NCBI GenBank assembly: GCA_964106645.2
Contig: OZ067038.1
Origin: Podarcis pityusensis
Taxonomy: Eukaryota
Reading direction: 5' to 3' (one strand)
DNA length: 64,000 nt
The notes under the pieces are model-generated. The model did not search any database and was not told where the DNA came from. It saw nothing but the letters and a program-made list of their open reading frames with translations. Shown here in pieces: positions 27,324 to 40,830 of this stretch. The translations under genes and the position numbers were made by a program. The stretch's first letter is position 1, and the number at the start of each line of letters is the position of its first letter.

Positions 27324-29714
27324 CTATATTTAAGAAAAGGGGAGGCTTCCTGAAGAAACTTGAAGTTCCCTGTGTTTAAAGAGCTAATTTCATTTCCAAC
27401 AGTTCTTGTAAGGTACATATATTCAAAACAAGTCAATGCCAGGCAGATAACAGCACAGCAGGAGGACCAGTCTTTCTTGAACAAACTGAAATTTGCCACT
27501 GAGTATAGACTTGTTTTCAGCCTTGTAGTCAATGACTGTAAGCTCCATAAACTGCTTTAATAATAGCACCACTAAGCTCTTAAATAGCACTTTCTACCCA
27601 ACCCAGGGCCTTAAAGCCCTTTACACACAATAATGGATTAAACCTCTCAATGCCAGTTGAAAGCATGCAGGGGGAAGGCATTGCAACCTGCATTTCAAAG
27701 ATATGGAAACCATGGGCAAGCTGAGCTCTAGCATCACACTAGGGTACCCAAGTAAAAATGAAGGCATCTTTAACTGTGTTGATAGCCTTTAGGTACATAT
27801 ATCTGTTCCTTTGTGCAAAAAGATGTTTCCGTTTGCTCTATAGGACTTAAGAGATTACATGGAACCAATTTGAGATGTCCATGGACACATTCTGGAGCAA
27901 CGTCTGGAAGGCTGGCAGTGCATTTCTACCTATATCTGATCTCACTGGAACTAAGCCTAAGGTATGTCATGCTCATCTGATAGCTATATGCAGGTAACCA
28001 GGTCAGGAGACTGGGTCACAGCACTGAAATAGTATCTAAGACCAATTGCTCAAGGTCATCATCACCTTTTTTGCCCAAGGCAAGGCTCCCACCCTCACCT
28101 CCTTTCAAATAAGTCATCGTAACCAGTTTCCATATTAGAAAGCATACTAGGTTGTGACTACTGGCTACCCACCTACCAAGTGTCATTCTCCACTAGAATA
28201 GTTGCACTTACGATGCTGCCAAGTTTGACAGACAATTCACAAGGACAAGTTTCTCCACATAAACATGTATACAGTACAGGCAACTCGCATCATAACATGA
28301 GGGCTTGGTTCCAAGAGTTGTGCTTATAGGTGTAAATTGTGTATAGCCAGAATTACCCTTGCAGCTGTCCCACAGTAAGCCAGCTTGCCTTCTATAAGAC
28401 AATCTCCCCACCCTAACCCTAAAACCACCGCAAGAGTTGCTGCAAGTGCTTCTTTTGTCAGTAAAGACTTAACTATCAGACATATGCCTTCCGTAGCTGG
28501 GGTGGGCCAGGGCAATACATCTCTGCAGGCAAACAAAGAGGGCATGGAGCAAGCCAGTGAGGGAGGTGGCCCAGGTAGTCCCAAGAACCTGCCTTGGATT
28601 AAGGCATAGGTTCTGCCCCTAGATGCACATACTACATCCTTTTATCACTGGGCTCCCCATCCCCATCCTGCTGGGTTTAAGGGACTTCTCAACCCAAGTT
28701 CACCAGCAACAGCACACAATTTCTGGCTATGGACAGAGATTGAAAGCTCCCATATCAACCCACCCTAATTCATCTCTGCTTCAGTTAATTTGTTATCTGT
28801 TTTGCCAAGAATACACCTGTCTAATTAAGAACTCCATATATGTTAGTACAATAGGTTTTAACTTCACAAGTTGTAAGTAACTAGCAAGGTTGGCCCCCAA
28901 AGAGTTTTGAATCTGTTTTATATCCTTCCTTCATTCTGTGGGCCCAATGCATTCTTTTCACCAAAGGGTCACCATTCAAGTAAGGCAGGGCTTCTCAAAG
29001 GCTTTAAACAACAAAAGCGATGTCCAGATGTTTCCAGTAAAGCCATAGGTTAGATGTAGCAGGGCAGATTGTTCAGAAGCAACATTAACAGGGCCTCTTC
29101 TGTTCTTTTGAATTTTGGATTCTGGACGTGACAGACAACACATAAGATGAGCTTTGTTCTGATAAAGTGGGGGATACAGATACATAAGGATGATAAAAGA
29201 GTGCAAGGAATAGATTTGGAATGCTTGGGTTTTGCAATCTGAAGCTTTTCTAGACAGCTGCTGAACAGAGTTAAGTCCCTGATACTGATGAAATTTAACA
29301 TTTTACAAAATAATCGTGACTGTGGTTTTCCGCACTCCACTGCAGAAAGATGGGTTACAAGTGCTAGTCTGAGTTTTTGGGATTGTGAAACCAATTTAAA
29401 TGGGATTGTTTCACTTTATTCAATTAGATTTTCACTACATTTCACTCCCAAATCAAAATTCTGTATCCCAGAAACCCAGTTTCCACAATCAGAACAAAGT
29501 TATGCTCATTGTTATGCATTGTTAGAATATTTCATTTTTGCTTATTTATTTAGCAACAGCAGTAATTTTGACTTTCATATATATTCCAGAATTATTTGCA
29601 AGGCAGGGTAGGTAGCAAGGAGGCAGAGATAATTGGAGACACACACAGGGAATACTAACAGACGAGGGGAAAGTTTGCAATGCCCTATTGCCCTACTGGC
29701 CAATAATGCCATAA

Positions 29715-29946
29715 GCTAATGCCAGAGGTGGGATTCAAGATGACCTTAACAGATTGGAGAACTGGGCCAAAACTAACAAAATGAATTTCAGTTGGGATAA
29801 ATGTAAGGTTCTACACTTAGGCAGAAAGAAACAGCTGCATAAATATAAGATGGGGGCATCTGGCTTGCCAGCAGTACATGTGAAAAGGCTCTAGGGCTCT
29901 TTGTAGACCACATGCCTAAACAGTGTGATGCAGCAGCAAAAAAAGT
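29715..29946 (+). mobile_element. CR1 LINE ORF2 fragment
   Basis: Translates IQDDLNRLENWAKTNKMNFSWDKCKVLHLGRKKQLHKYKMG, the characteristic CR1 post-RT segment. Confidence 0.85.
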
Positions 29947-30482
29947 TCACATGCGTTTTAACCCCTTTTTGACTTATTGCTGATTTTTATTTTCTTTTGA
30001 ATTTTTTTATTCTTGTTTTTAATTGTTTTTATTGCTAATTTTAATGTTACATTCTTTTTGTAAACTACTTAGAGGTTTTTTTAACAGTCAAGTGGTATAT
30101 AAATCTTGCTAAATAAATAAACTAGACTCTGGACATACAGACACGGTGAGCAGAGTCTGGACACACACTAAGTCGCTTCCTGCTCTTCCTTGAAGTTTCG
30201 AAGGTGAAAGATTCTACAACTATCTCAGGCTGTTTTTCACACAACTAAACTGCTCTTATGACAAGTAGATGTTTAATATCCACTGTGAGCCTTTTGTCCC
30301 GCAGCTTAAGCCAATTTGCTTGTTGCCTTTTCCATAGCAGAAAGAGTAAACAAAAGCTTTCCCCTCTTCTTCCTAACACCCTTTTTCATGTTAGATAACT
30401 GTCAACATTTCCATTCAATCTTTTTGGTCGTAGCAAAAGCTCCACGCTTCCTGCAACTCCTCCCCACTTGCCCTCTAGACAC

Positions 30483-30619
30483 GTCTTCTTCAACCTGGTG
30501 CCCACTCCAGATGTTGTTGGACTCCAGCTCCCATCAGCCCCTGCCAACATGGCCAATGGTCAGGGATGGTGACAGCTGTAGTTCAAAACACCTTGAGGGC
30601 ATCAGGTTGGAGAAGACTG
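30483..30619. mobile_element. hAT-like palindromic MITE
   Basis: Termini gtcttcttcaacctg / caggttggagaagac with a ccagatgttgttggact core. Same family as 40706, 44085 and 56598. Confidence 0.7.
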
Positions 30620-33124
30620 CTTGTCATTCCTCTGGGTCTCCACTGAATTCTTTCCCATTTGTCAATTGTGATGCCTAGTTTTAATTTGTCTAGTTATCAA
30701 ATAAAATCCGGCTTGATAGGATACTGAAATATATAGTGAAAGTAAAACTACAGAATATGTCTTCAATATTATATAACTTGCATTGAAATTATGTTACCTT
30801 TTAATAGAAAAATATTTTAAAATAAATATCAAGATGCATATTTACTAGAGAACCACCTTGTCATGTCATATGACAATTTTAACTTTTAGATCAATGAACA
30901 GCACAATCCTATGCATGTTTTATCCAGCAAAGTCAATGAGTTTTACTCCCTACTAAGTGTGTTTAAGGTCGCAGCCAAATATTTATTCCCCCCCCTCAAA
31001 GCCATTACCTAATCTATTGGTTGTGCTAATTAATCATTAACTGCTCATACTTCATGGAGGTGACCAACTCCTGGGAAAGTATGAAAAAAATCAATGAAAG
31101 TTACTATGAATCCCAGTGAAAAAGGCCTGCCCACCTACCAACTGCACTATAGTTGAGAGAAAGATAATTGCATAAGAAATGTTTGTATCTTGACAGTAGA
31201 AAGAGAAGATACACAAAATAGCAAGACCCGTGGACTCTTAATACCTTGCAGTATAAGTGCCAGACAAACCCGTTTAAATGAGCTAAAGAAGGTCATACAT
31301 TCCTAATTTTGATCACTTAGGTCAACAGGTTAGAATAAGAACCGAGACAGGTATGCATGCTGACATCATTATGGTAGGGATGTTCATGCAATTCATTTAT
31401 CAAAGGGCTAGTACAGTGGGAAATTGGTTTCTTGTCCATTACCGCAAGTTTTTCCCCTCCTTCTACACTGCATGGCTGTTTTCCTTTACTAATGTTTCCT
31501 GCTTAAACCGATGTAGTACAAATTGCTATAAAGTTACCCTGAGAGGCCAATTTGCAGTAAAAATCATCTTATTGTTTACCAATATGATGTAAGAACACCA
31601 GTAAGAGGTACAATTACGTATTTATATAAAGGCATTTCTGTAGATATATTTATATAAATATAGGTGCTATCAATAAGCATAGATGTGCATGATAAACCAT
31701 GCAGAGTGAGAAATTCTAAGCAAGGTGGTGATCACACTCACCTCACTTTCTATAACGCTTTCTACAAACATTGTAACCTTGCTATTTTGTGTATCGATAG
31801 ACCTTTTCTAAAAGCATATGATGGCCAAGGACGTGTTGCTCAGTACTGATTATATTAGCCACAGCTACCTCAATACTTTGCCAAACAGTACCCGGCTGCC
31901 TTGCCAAAATCACAGCTAAATGGCGACAAAGCCAATGGGAACAATCCCCATTGGCCTTAGATTGCCTTTAGATCAGAGCCTTGGCAAGGATTGTTAAGTA
32001 TGTGTGTTGTGAGATTCTACCGTTAGGCACTAGCCATAATAATACTTTCCACATCTGTGGAAATTAGACACTTTTTGGAAAGTGTTTCCCTTCCACTGAA
32101 TATGTTTTGACCAAAAGCTTTGCAAACTCTCATCATTTCAATTTCAAACTACGAAGCCATTTTACCCAAGAGCTCTGTTAGGGAGAGGGGGATAATACTC
32201 AAATAGGACTTAGTCACTCTTGATACAGAAATGAAGCAGATAATCCTTAAAGGTGGTTTCCTGTTGCAACCCGGGGAGGGGGGGTGTTCTCTAAGGGCAG
32301 GTAATCCTTACTGTTAAAAGTTTGAATTAAACATTTTGCAGTACTGTATAAGCATACAATTAAAGGGATTGTTTTCCTTGACTTTTCTTATGATACACTA
32401 CACCAGCCCCCAACAAATTGAGCAACACATTCAAAAGGGGTCAGGAACCAGAGAGGATGCCAGAAGAACTCTGCACGATATACTTAAGATAGAACATGTC
32501 ATTCACCAGACAAATCGGCGTTTATTTCAACAGATCAAATGAGACAAGCCAAGAAACCCTTCAAATATCTCCAGGAGAAACACATCTGTTATCCCACATG
32601 CATAAAGAATCTACTTGCATATTGTTCACGTTACATCTTCCTCTGAACTTGACGCAGGTCATTTTGAAACTATGCACTAAATAAAATACAAGTTTCCGAG
32701 ATACAGACACGGGCGTAATTTTGACCACATGTTTGCCAGGAATGCCAAGTCCTTAAAAAGGTGTTGCTGTTGTGTGTGTGTGTTTTTTTAATGTTAACTA
32801 AACAGAAATTGCTCTCTAGCTTTTTTAAAGAATTTCATAAGTTAAAGTGCTATTCACCCATAATAAAAATAGACAGCTTCAAATACAAACTGTAGCTGTT
32901 TATCTCAATTTTATAAAGCCATTATGTCAATAAATACTGAGTAGAAAATTTAAAATTTGAGGCAGATTTACCACTCCTAACTCCTAGTGAGGCAGGCTGC
33001 GTTCCTATTAATATGCCTCTTTAGGGTAACCTCTCCCCCTCCCTTAATGCTGTTTTTCACCAGCAATTGATATTTAGTAGCATATACTGCCTCAGAACAT
33101 GGAGCAACGGGAGGAATCACAGAA

Positions 33125-33310
33125 CGATGGTAGAGCACATGCTTTACATCCACAAGGTCCTGGGTTCAGTTTCCAGTTGAAATGAGATCAGACAGCAAGG
33201 CTGGAAAAGCCCCTTGTCTGATGGCCCTGCAGAGTTACTGCCCTACAGAGCATCTAATACTAGGGTAGATGTAGCAGGGACCCGATCAATAAAAAGCAAC
33301 ATTTTATGCT
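33125..33310 (+). mobile_element. Degenerate tRNA-derived SINE
   Basis: A/B-box-like tggtagagca...aaggtcctgggttca followed by the typical body ggctggaaaagcccttgtctga...ccctgcagag. Confidence 0.55.
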
Positions 33311-35483
33311 CAGGTTTCAGGTATTATGTTTTCTAGTACTGTATTGTTTCTTTTAGAGATGATATGAGTCTTTAATCCAGACTCACATCAGGGCCTATGG
33401 AAGTAAATTTTTCCTTAATACCTGGTGGTTGTAAGGCCTGGTGCAAACAGGCAGCTCGCCTATGTGGGTTGCTGATTGGTACATAACCACATTACAGACA
33501 ACTTCATTTGGCAAGCTGTTTGTGTCTGCAACAATCTTAACCACACTAACCAAACCCTTGGTTACGGTGGCATACCTGAAATCACCAGAGCGGTGTCAGA
33601 AGCCGCTTCGCATAAACAGCTTAGCCCACAAAGCTGACCTCATACAGGTGTAATAGAAGCAGCTACGCATCTGCCTGCCTGGCTGCAGGTATAATTTAGG
33701 CTTCAGGAAGTTAATAAAGAAGGAACTATCAGTCTTGGTTGAGGGGTGGATTTTGTGTTTCCTCAAATGAAATGAAAATGTTGCATTTCTCCATTGGGAA
33801 CCATAGAAGCCTGTCTCAGAAGCCTTTTGAAATCAGGGCTCAAAATGTAACAACATAGCTAAAAGAACCCTGTAAAAAAAGGTACACATCCCACTAAATC
33901 TTGCTGTTATTTGGTACTATGGCTGACATCCCATAATCTCCAAAGGAGAAAAGTGCTAATGATTTTGAATACTGGGAAAAAATACATCAAGTTCTTGGAA
34001 CTATGCAATACATTCACAGATCTTTCTATTTCTTGGAACCCTAACCTCTCCAGCACTATTAGTATCCTACAGTGTGCCTAAAATGACATCATCCTATGAG
34101 ATGGAAAATGAATATTAATATTCGAGTTTTGAACTATACCAGTTCCTTTTACACGTACGTCCACATGCTAGAGGTTAAAGTGGTCAACAAACATACAATT
34201 GCTGAGCAACTAGAGTTGCACATAAAGCCTTCATTTTGAAAACAGACAGGTCAGATTACAAAAGAAAAGGTTGCACACGTATTGCCAGGATTGTAATAAA
34301 ATGCATTCAGGAAGCTTATACCATGATGTTGTGAAGTCATAAAATAATCAGATATGCCTGGAGTCTTGGAAAGAGCCCATGAATTGCTTTAGGATTGGCA
34401 GCATTCATGTGTTGGTGACTTATTTCTCTCCCTGTACATGGAGTGGGGCTTCTTTAATGAAGGGCAAATAAAACAGAAAATAAAAGTAAGAGAGGAAGAG
34501 TAGAGTTCTGGAGTTACAGTACTTTACTCACTGGCTCTAGTTTCTCTCTTTACATCTAGAGTACCATGCTGAAGTTCTGCCTGGCTTGTACCACGATGCT
34601 TTCCCACTTCAGCTGCCTTTCTGCTATGGGGACAGGAGACTCTGTAACTCAAATTGCTGCCTCCTTCAGTCTTTCTCCCTGCCCAATCAGAGAAAGCATG
34701 GGTGTGTCATTTGAAGCAGGAAGCACACATACATACATACACTTTTCCTTCTGGGGCTGGCTAACCAAGCTTCCTTTGAGGGTGGACGTGCAATGAGTCC
34801 TCTATTTGAAGGGCTGGTCAATCCGAGATAGGGCAGGGATATTGAAGTTGCCGATCGACAGGTGGCTCTGGATAGCAGACTGAGCAAGGATACTGGTCAC
34901 CTATTCACAGTATCTCCCATTATGGTGAGATGTATTATATTTCTATTTTAGTTATAGTTGTCATTGCCAAATTTGCATCTATGCATGTAAATTAACATAA
35001 GCAAATTTTATGCATTTGCATTTTTTATGTATTTGCATTTTTTTTGTGTAGAACACAAGTGGCTACCCAACTGCCCTCTTCACATCTTCCTAGAGTTGTT
35101 TTTTACTAGCTCCCTATCCTCCCACCCAGCAATTACCAAGAACGCAAGAGACTGGCCAAGCCAGTGCAAGTCAGCATTATTCTGTTGGTGGCAGATGGGT
35201 ATAACTGATAGAGCAGTTTCTTCTCCCTGCCTTAGCTAGCTTAGAGCTGGGCAACCTGCCAACAGCATGGGACCCAGTGGAAAATTATTTGCTTAAAATC
35301 TTCAAAACTGATTTTTCTCCTCCAATATTTTAAGAACTGCATAGTACTATAATCCCAGCCACAAGAAAGCCAATAGGAGCACCTGTAATTGCTTGAGAAA
35401 TACAGCTGGTTGCCAACATTGTAGATTACTTTTCCAGCAAAGGGTGTCTGGCAAATCACTCCCTCCATCAAATCATACTGAAG

Positions 35484-35551
35484 GCTGCTGCTGCTACTAC
35501 TACTACAGCAGCAGCAGCAGCAGCAGCAGGAGGAGGAGGAGGAGGAAGAAG
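35484..35551. repeat. Compound trinucleotide microsatellite (GCT)(ACT)(GCA)(GGA)(GAA)
   Basis: Directly visible. Confidence 0.9.
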
Positions 35552-36170
35552 ACCGTAACCACCATAATCTGAGATAGGCACCTACAGTAGGCTATGTTGC
35601 TGAGAAATTAACGTACATGCACCTTCCTTAAATCTGATTTGTACTTTATGTGTACTTTAACAGACAGCATGAAACTCTATTCTGGAAAAGCTGTGGTTGT
35701 ATTTCTATTACCTTATAGCCTTATTTTTTTAAAAAACAAACCCACAACTAGAGAGTCCTGATCTGGACTGGGGAGGGGAGGGGAGGGGAGTTAATCCTTA
35801 CATACAAACACACAGAGAAAGCCATGCCATTTCCTCCATAAAATTTGTTCCCCTGAAATGGCAATTTGCCCCAAAATGGAAACTACTATTTTCACCCAAA
35901 CAGTTTTCCTGTGGCTTAACTGCTTCATATGTAAACAAGGAATGTCTTCAGCAAAGTGACAGAAAATCAGAGAAGTTTCAGAATACAGTACTCATAAGCT
36001 TTAATGAATCTGATCTACTTTCTGAGGCAAAGCAAGGCGCATTACCAGTATATATAGTGGAATAAGTATATGTACTTGAGTTTGAGTTTCTTTTGCATAT
36101 TCATTTAGGCACTTTCCTTACAGTAGGTTTGTTTTTTGCATTATTATTAAATGAGCCTTCAGGTTTTCAC

Positions 36171-36298
36171 AGAATCATAGAATTGTAGCGTTGGAAGGAA
36201 CCCTGAAAGTGGTCCCCCTGGAAGGGACCCTACAACTGTCCCTGGGTGGCCTCAAACCACCTACCTTCTAGTTAACAACTAGACGCATTGACCCACGG
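36171..36298 (-). mobile_element. tRNA-Asn-headed, CR1-tailed short SINE remnant
   Basis: Minus strand reads ...tgttaactagaaggtaggtggtttgaggccacccagggac (3' two-thirds of tRNA-Asn-GTT), then gggttccttccaacgctacaattctatgattct (CR1 3' terminus). Confidence 0.7.
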
Positions 36299-36404
36299 TT
36301 TTTATAGCACTTGTCTCTTTAATGCTATGTAAACTCTGGTTCCCTTAAATAAATAAATAAAATAGGACTGGTAAACGAACTAGGCCTGTTATTCCTGCAT
36401 AATA

Positions 36405-36482
36405 CCCCAATCCTATCCATGTCAATTCAGTTCCACTGAATTCAGTGGGTTTACTCCCTTGGTAAGTGTGCTAGGCTGCAGT
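36405..36482. mobile_element. Short (~80 bp) palindromic squamate repeat; further degenerate copies near 24035, 25830, 30900, 50655, 52785, 59432
   Basis: Shared pattern caatcctat...ccactgaattcagtggg..tactc...gtaagtg...agg.tgc. Confidence 0.5.
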
Positions 36483-39437
36483 CCAAACCTTTATTTGCAT
36501 TACCTTTCTTCATGTGGAAATCACTTTAGAGGCCCTTTTGATAAAATTACAAAAATGGGCGATGGGTTGGCACAGAAGAGGGAAACCTGCTTTCATAATG
36601 TGTGTATGTCTAGTAAATACAAAAAGACAGCTGAAATAGGGACAGAAAATAACACTGATAACACCAAATGTGTGAGATTCTTAGGGGTTGAAACTAGCTT
36701 TTGTATGAGTGTCACTATACTAAATTTGAGATCTGTGTGTGATCCCTAAGTTTTTTTCAGTTCTGACTGAGATGCCAATCTTATACACACTTACCTGGGA
36801 ATAAGTCTTAATTTTGTAACAAGAACAAGAGAAAATCAACTCTATGTTTCACTGAATGTTGATTTCTGTATTGTAATAAAATGGCCTCGTGAAGTACCAC
36901 TTGCCTGGAAACTCTGGAATAGACTGGTTCTTTAACAGATGGCTGAATCATATTCTTTAACTCCCTTGACAGGTAGTAATCTTACTTGACCCTTAATGTG
37001 CACTCAGAATCCTCTTTAATTTTAATTATCATCTACCTTGACCCTATGACTATAGTATTTCTTAGACATAAGTATAATAGTGGAATGTCACCATATCACA
37101 ACAGAATGGGTAAAATTGGCATAAACTGGATTTTCCCAAGGCAAAAACCACTGAGTTCTACATTCTTTATGTACTGTTGTTGTTCTTTAAAAAATGGATA
37201 GTAAGATTAATTCAAATTTCGTATGGGATTTGTGGGTGTAGCTGCAGCACACACAAATAACACCATTTGGGTCTCATATAAGCCAAGCTCACATATGAAA
37301 TAAATAACAAGGGTCATAAGTGTTCATATGTACAACTATTACAAAGTTTTTACAAAAAAGCATTGGTATATCAACAATGATTCTACTTCCTGTCAAGAAA
37401 TTGATGGAACCAAAAAAACATAGTTGGGAAGGGGCCATAGCTCATACTTAGCAGATTCAATTCTTGGCATTTGGTAGGAAAGATCTCTGCCCAAAACCTA
37501 CTGAGTCATCAAAGGAAGCAACACTTTATTTGAAACCTATGCCTAATTTTTGTTCTCCAATGATTTCTGTTTTGTTCTAATATTTTTCCTCTGTCTTGTT
37601 ACCTTTAAAACTCAACAAAGATTATTCCAAAAGAAACCAAAGCTTGTAAGAATCGATCCACAGGTTCCATTTCTTCCTAGGACACACACAAAAACAGACT
37701 GCAGGAGAGTTCAGAATCAGCCCACATCTCACCTAACTAATGTCCTATGGGTCATTCACATTCTGAGAAGAAAAATTCTAATAGCCCAGCCAAACATGTA
37801 TGAAGATATTTTAAGAACTCAGCAAACGATGTGCATCTTCGTGATTCCTGGTGTTTAACAATCATATATTTAAGAGAAACGTCAGATCAAGCCCACAATG
37901 GGGGTATTCTAGGAAGTGGAGCACGAAATGTTTTAAGTGCCATAAGTGTTGGCTGCTTGCACTAGTGCAAAAGTTCTCAAACATTCCAGGGAGGCCTTTC
38001 CACACTAACTTGTCATGTGAGAAGCCCCTGGGTGTCAGTTATACAACTAAGCTCAATGAAGGCTGCCTATCTCAAGCCATTCATAGGCAGGTGCATTTCT
38101 GCCTTGTAGAGAAGCTTCTGACATGTACATCACACCCACCAAGGGTGGCCAGTACGGCTTATGGTGCTAAGAAACCTCTTTGAGGGAAGTTTAGAGATCC
38201 AAAGCAATTCCACTTGCTGAGGCAATATTTTCTCTTGAACTCCAGAGCTATAAAACTTGCAGAACACCAAGATACACAAAGCATCTGCAGACCCCACACA
38301 AGCCACACCACAGTCATGTTGTTTCAGACCTAGATCTTCAGTTCACATCCACTGGAGATGTCAGAGGTCACAACATGAAAAAGACCAACCAACCTCCTTT
38401 GAAAGCCACAATCCAGACAAAAGGAAGCTTATATTTTGGAATGGAACAATATGAACACAGTCAAAATTATCTTTATTCTGATCAGGATCTTTAGACACAG
38501 TAACATCAAACAGTATGTAAAACCCTTTGATGGAAATTTAATTCTTTTAAAATATGCACAAGGTAATTGAGAACACATTTTAGAATACTTGGGTTGTAAA
38601 AGCAGTAGACCTGCAGCTGCACAGCACAAATAACACTGAAACCTTTTCGTTCTGCCTGAAAATGATCTTGTGGACATTCACCACCACGATGCATAAATCT
38701 TACCTTAAAACCAATTCTTCAAAATGCCCCTGCCCCTACCCTTAACCATTGAGGTGTATAGGGAAAGACGTGCCCCTAGTGCTTAAGCTTTACAATTAGA
38801 CCTTTTATCATGAAACCACAACTGTGAAATTCCCTTCTCAAGGAAGCCTGCCAGGCAGAAGACAGGTGAGATCTTTCCTTCTTAGGCAGGCATTCAAACA
38901 TATTTAATTTTCTGGATAAATTGTTGGATATGACTACTGCTACATACTTTTCCTGGTTTTGCTGTATATTTAAATAACGGCTAGAATGCAAAGCCCACAC
39001 ACAACTTGCCACATGCACTGCTGTGCACAGGGCTGTCTTAAGCATATGCGGCGCCAGGGTACAAAGATCTGCCCAGTGCACCCCCCGGTTCCCCAAAGTT
39101 GTTGATCTTTTTTTTTTAGGAAAGGTTCCCCAGAGTTGTCAACCTTTTTTAGGGAGCTGACACCACACTTGTCTCTACTCCAGAAAAGAAAACAGAAGCA
39201 GGTGTCTGGGGCTGCAAAGAGAAAGGAAACGGACCGTGGGGGACCGTATATTAATACCCCACCTTTTCCCCTGACCGCACTCAAGGCAGCTTACAGACCC
39301 CACTAAGATCCCACCCCACAGGGTCCTTCAGCTCCAACTCTTCAAGTTCCACCCATTCGTCCTCAGGATCCAACCATCCCATTTATGACACTTCTACAGG
39401 ACTCATGACAATACAGGAGCAAAGCAGTTCAATTATA

Positions 39438-39789
39438 AAAAGGTAAAGGGACCCCTGACCATTAGGTCCAGTCGTGACCGACTCTGGGGTTGCGGCACTC
39501 ATCTCGCTTTACTGGCCGAGGGAGCCGGCGTACAGCTTCCGGGTCATGTGGCCAGCATGACTAAGCCGCTTCTGGCAAACCAGAGCAGTGCATGGAAACG
39601 CCGTTTACCTTCCCGCCGGAGCGGTACCTATTTATCTACTTGCACTGGCCTGCTTTCGAACTGCTAGGTTGGCAGGAGCATGGACTGAGTAACAGGAGCT
39701 CACCCCGTCGCGGGGATTCGAACCGCCAACCTTCTGATCGGCAAGTCCTAGGCTCTGTGGTTTAACCCACAGCGCCACCCGTGTCCCTT
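39438..39789 (-). mobile_element. Sauria SINE (Squam1), full length
   Basis: Same head and tail as the 18129 copy. 12-bp TSD AGTTCAATTATA at 39426-39437 and 39790-39801. Confidence 0.93.
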
Positions 39790-40705
39790 AGTTCAATTAT
39801 ACCTAGTTCTTAAAAACACAGAGAGAGACAGAGAGAAATTGGTTGTCTTCTCAGAATCCCTAATGATAATAAAACTAATACCTTGGAAGAAGCCTAGAAA
39901 GAAATGTAGAGTCAGACTTTGTGTATGCCCATTTTGGCATTGGGAAAGTGGTGTATCCGTCCATTTGTTCCTCACTTCCTGAGCCTTGAGTAGAGGAAAA
40001 ACAATGTTGGAACTGGCCCAGACCATTCAAACTATTACAGTGCACGGTCACTTAACTGAATTCAAGCCTAACACAATTACCAACCAGTTGTCCTGCAAAA
40101 TATACATATATTATAAAATAGTGGAGTCTTCTAAAGAAATGCAGAGCAATTTAGGGTTATTACAAATAATCTCAAGCCATTACTTGTCTGTAATTAGAAT
40201 GATTGAGGTCTGAAGCTAGCTGCTTGGTTTGAAGGAATGAAAACTCCTAGGCTGCAGCAATCTTTCAAGATAGTAATTTAGAGGTCTGTAATAGCATGAA
40301 ACAGGACCCCTGACAGATTCCTTCAATTACTGTAATTCCAGACACATCAAAAGGGTAGCTCACTTAAGATTTTTACAGAGGATTAAAACAAATAAATAAG
40401 CATAACCAGTCCCTTCAGTTTAATCAAAAAGCATTTTACTGCTGGCACTAGATTAGTGTATTTAACTAGCAAAAAAATAAACAAATGCTCTCTCAATCAA
40501 AATACAGTGCCACCTCAAGAATATCATCACAAATAATCAGATGTCAGGCACATTTAAGCCCACAAAAATCAATGTTTGTGTGTCCATTAGTTATAGCATG
40601 TGACACGGGACATCAGTGTGTCTTTTAGTTATAGCATGTGACATGAGATATCCTATAGGCACCACCTGCATATTATTATTCTGCTTCTATTATCTGGATT
40701 AGGAG

Positions 40706-40830
40706 CAGGGAATCTGTGGTCCTCCAGATGCTGTTGGAATCCAACTCCCAACAGCGCCACCTAGTATGAGCAATTGTCAGGGGTGGTGGAAATGGTTGTC
40801 CAACAACATCTGGATGTCCACAGATCCCCT
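40706..40830. mobile_element. hAT-like palindromic MITE
   Basis: Inverted arms tccagatgctgttgga / tccaacaacatctgga and atctgtgg / ccacagat. Confidence 0.7.

Noticed and set aside
36238-36298. Functional tRNA-Asn gene
   Set aside because: The 5' acceptor and D arms are missing, there are many substitutions, and it is fused to a CR1 tail.
40578-40652. 38-bp two-copy tandem duplication (a similar small duplication lies near 54254-54288)
   Set aside because: Ordinary slippage-type local duplications with no sign of function.
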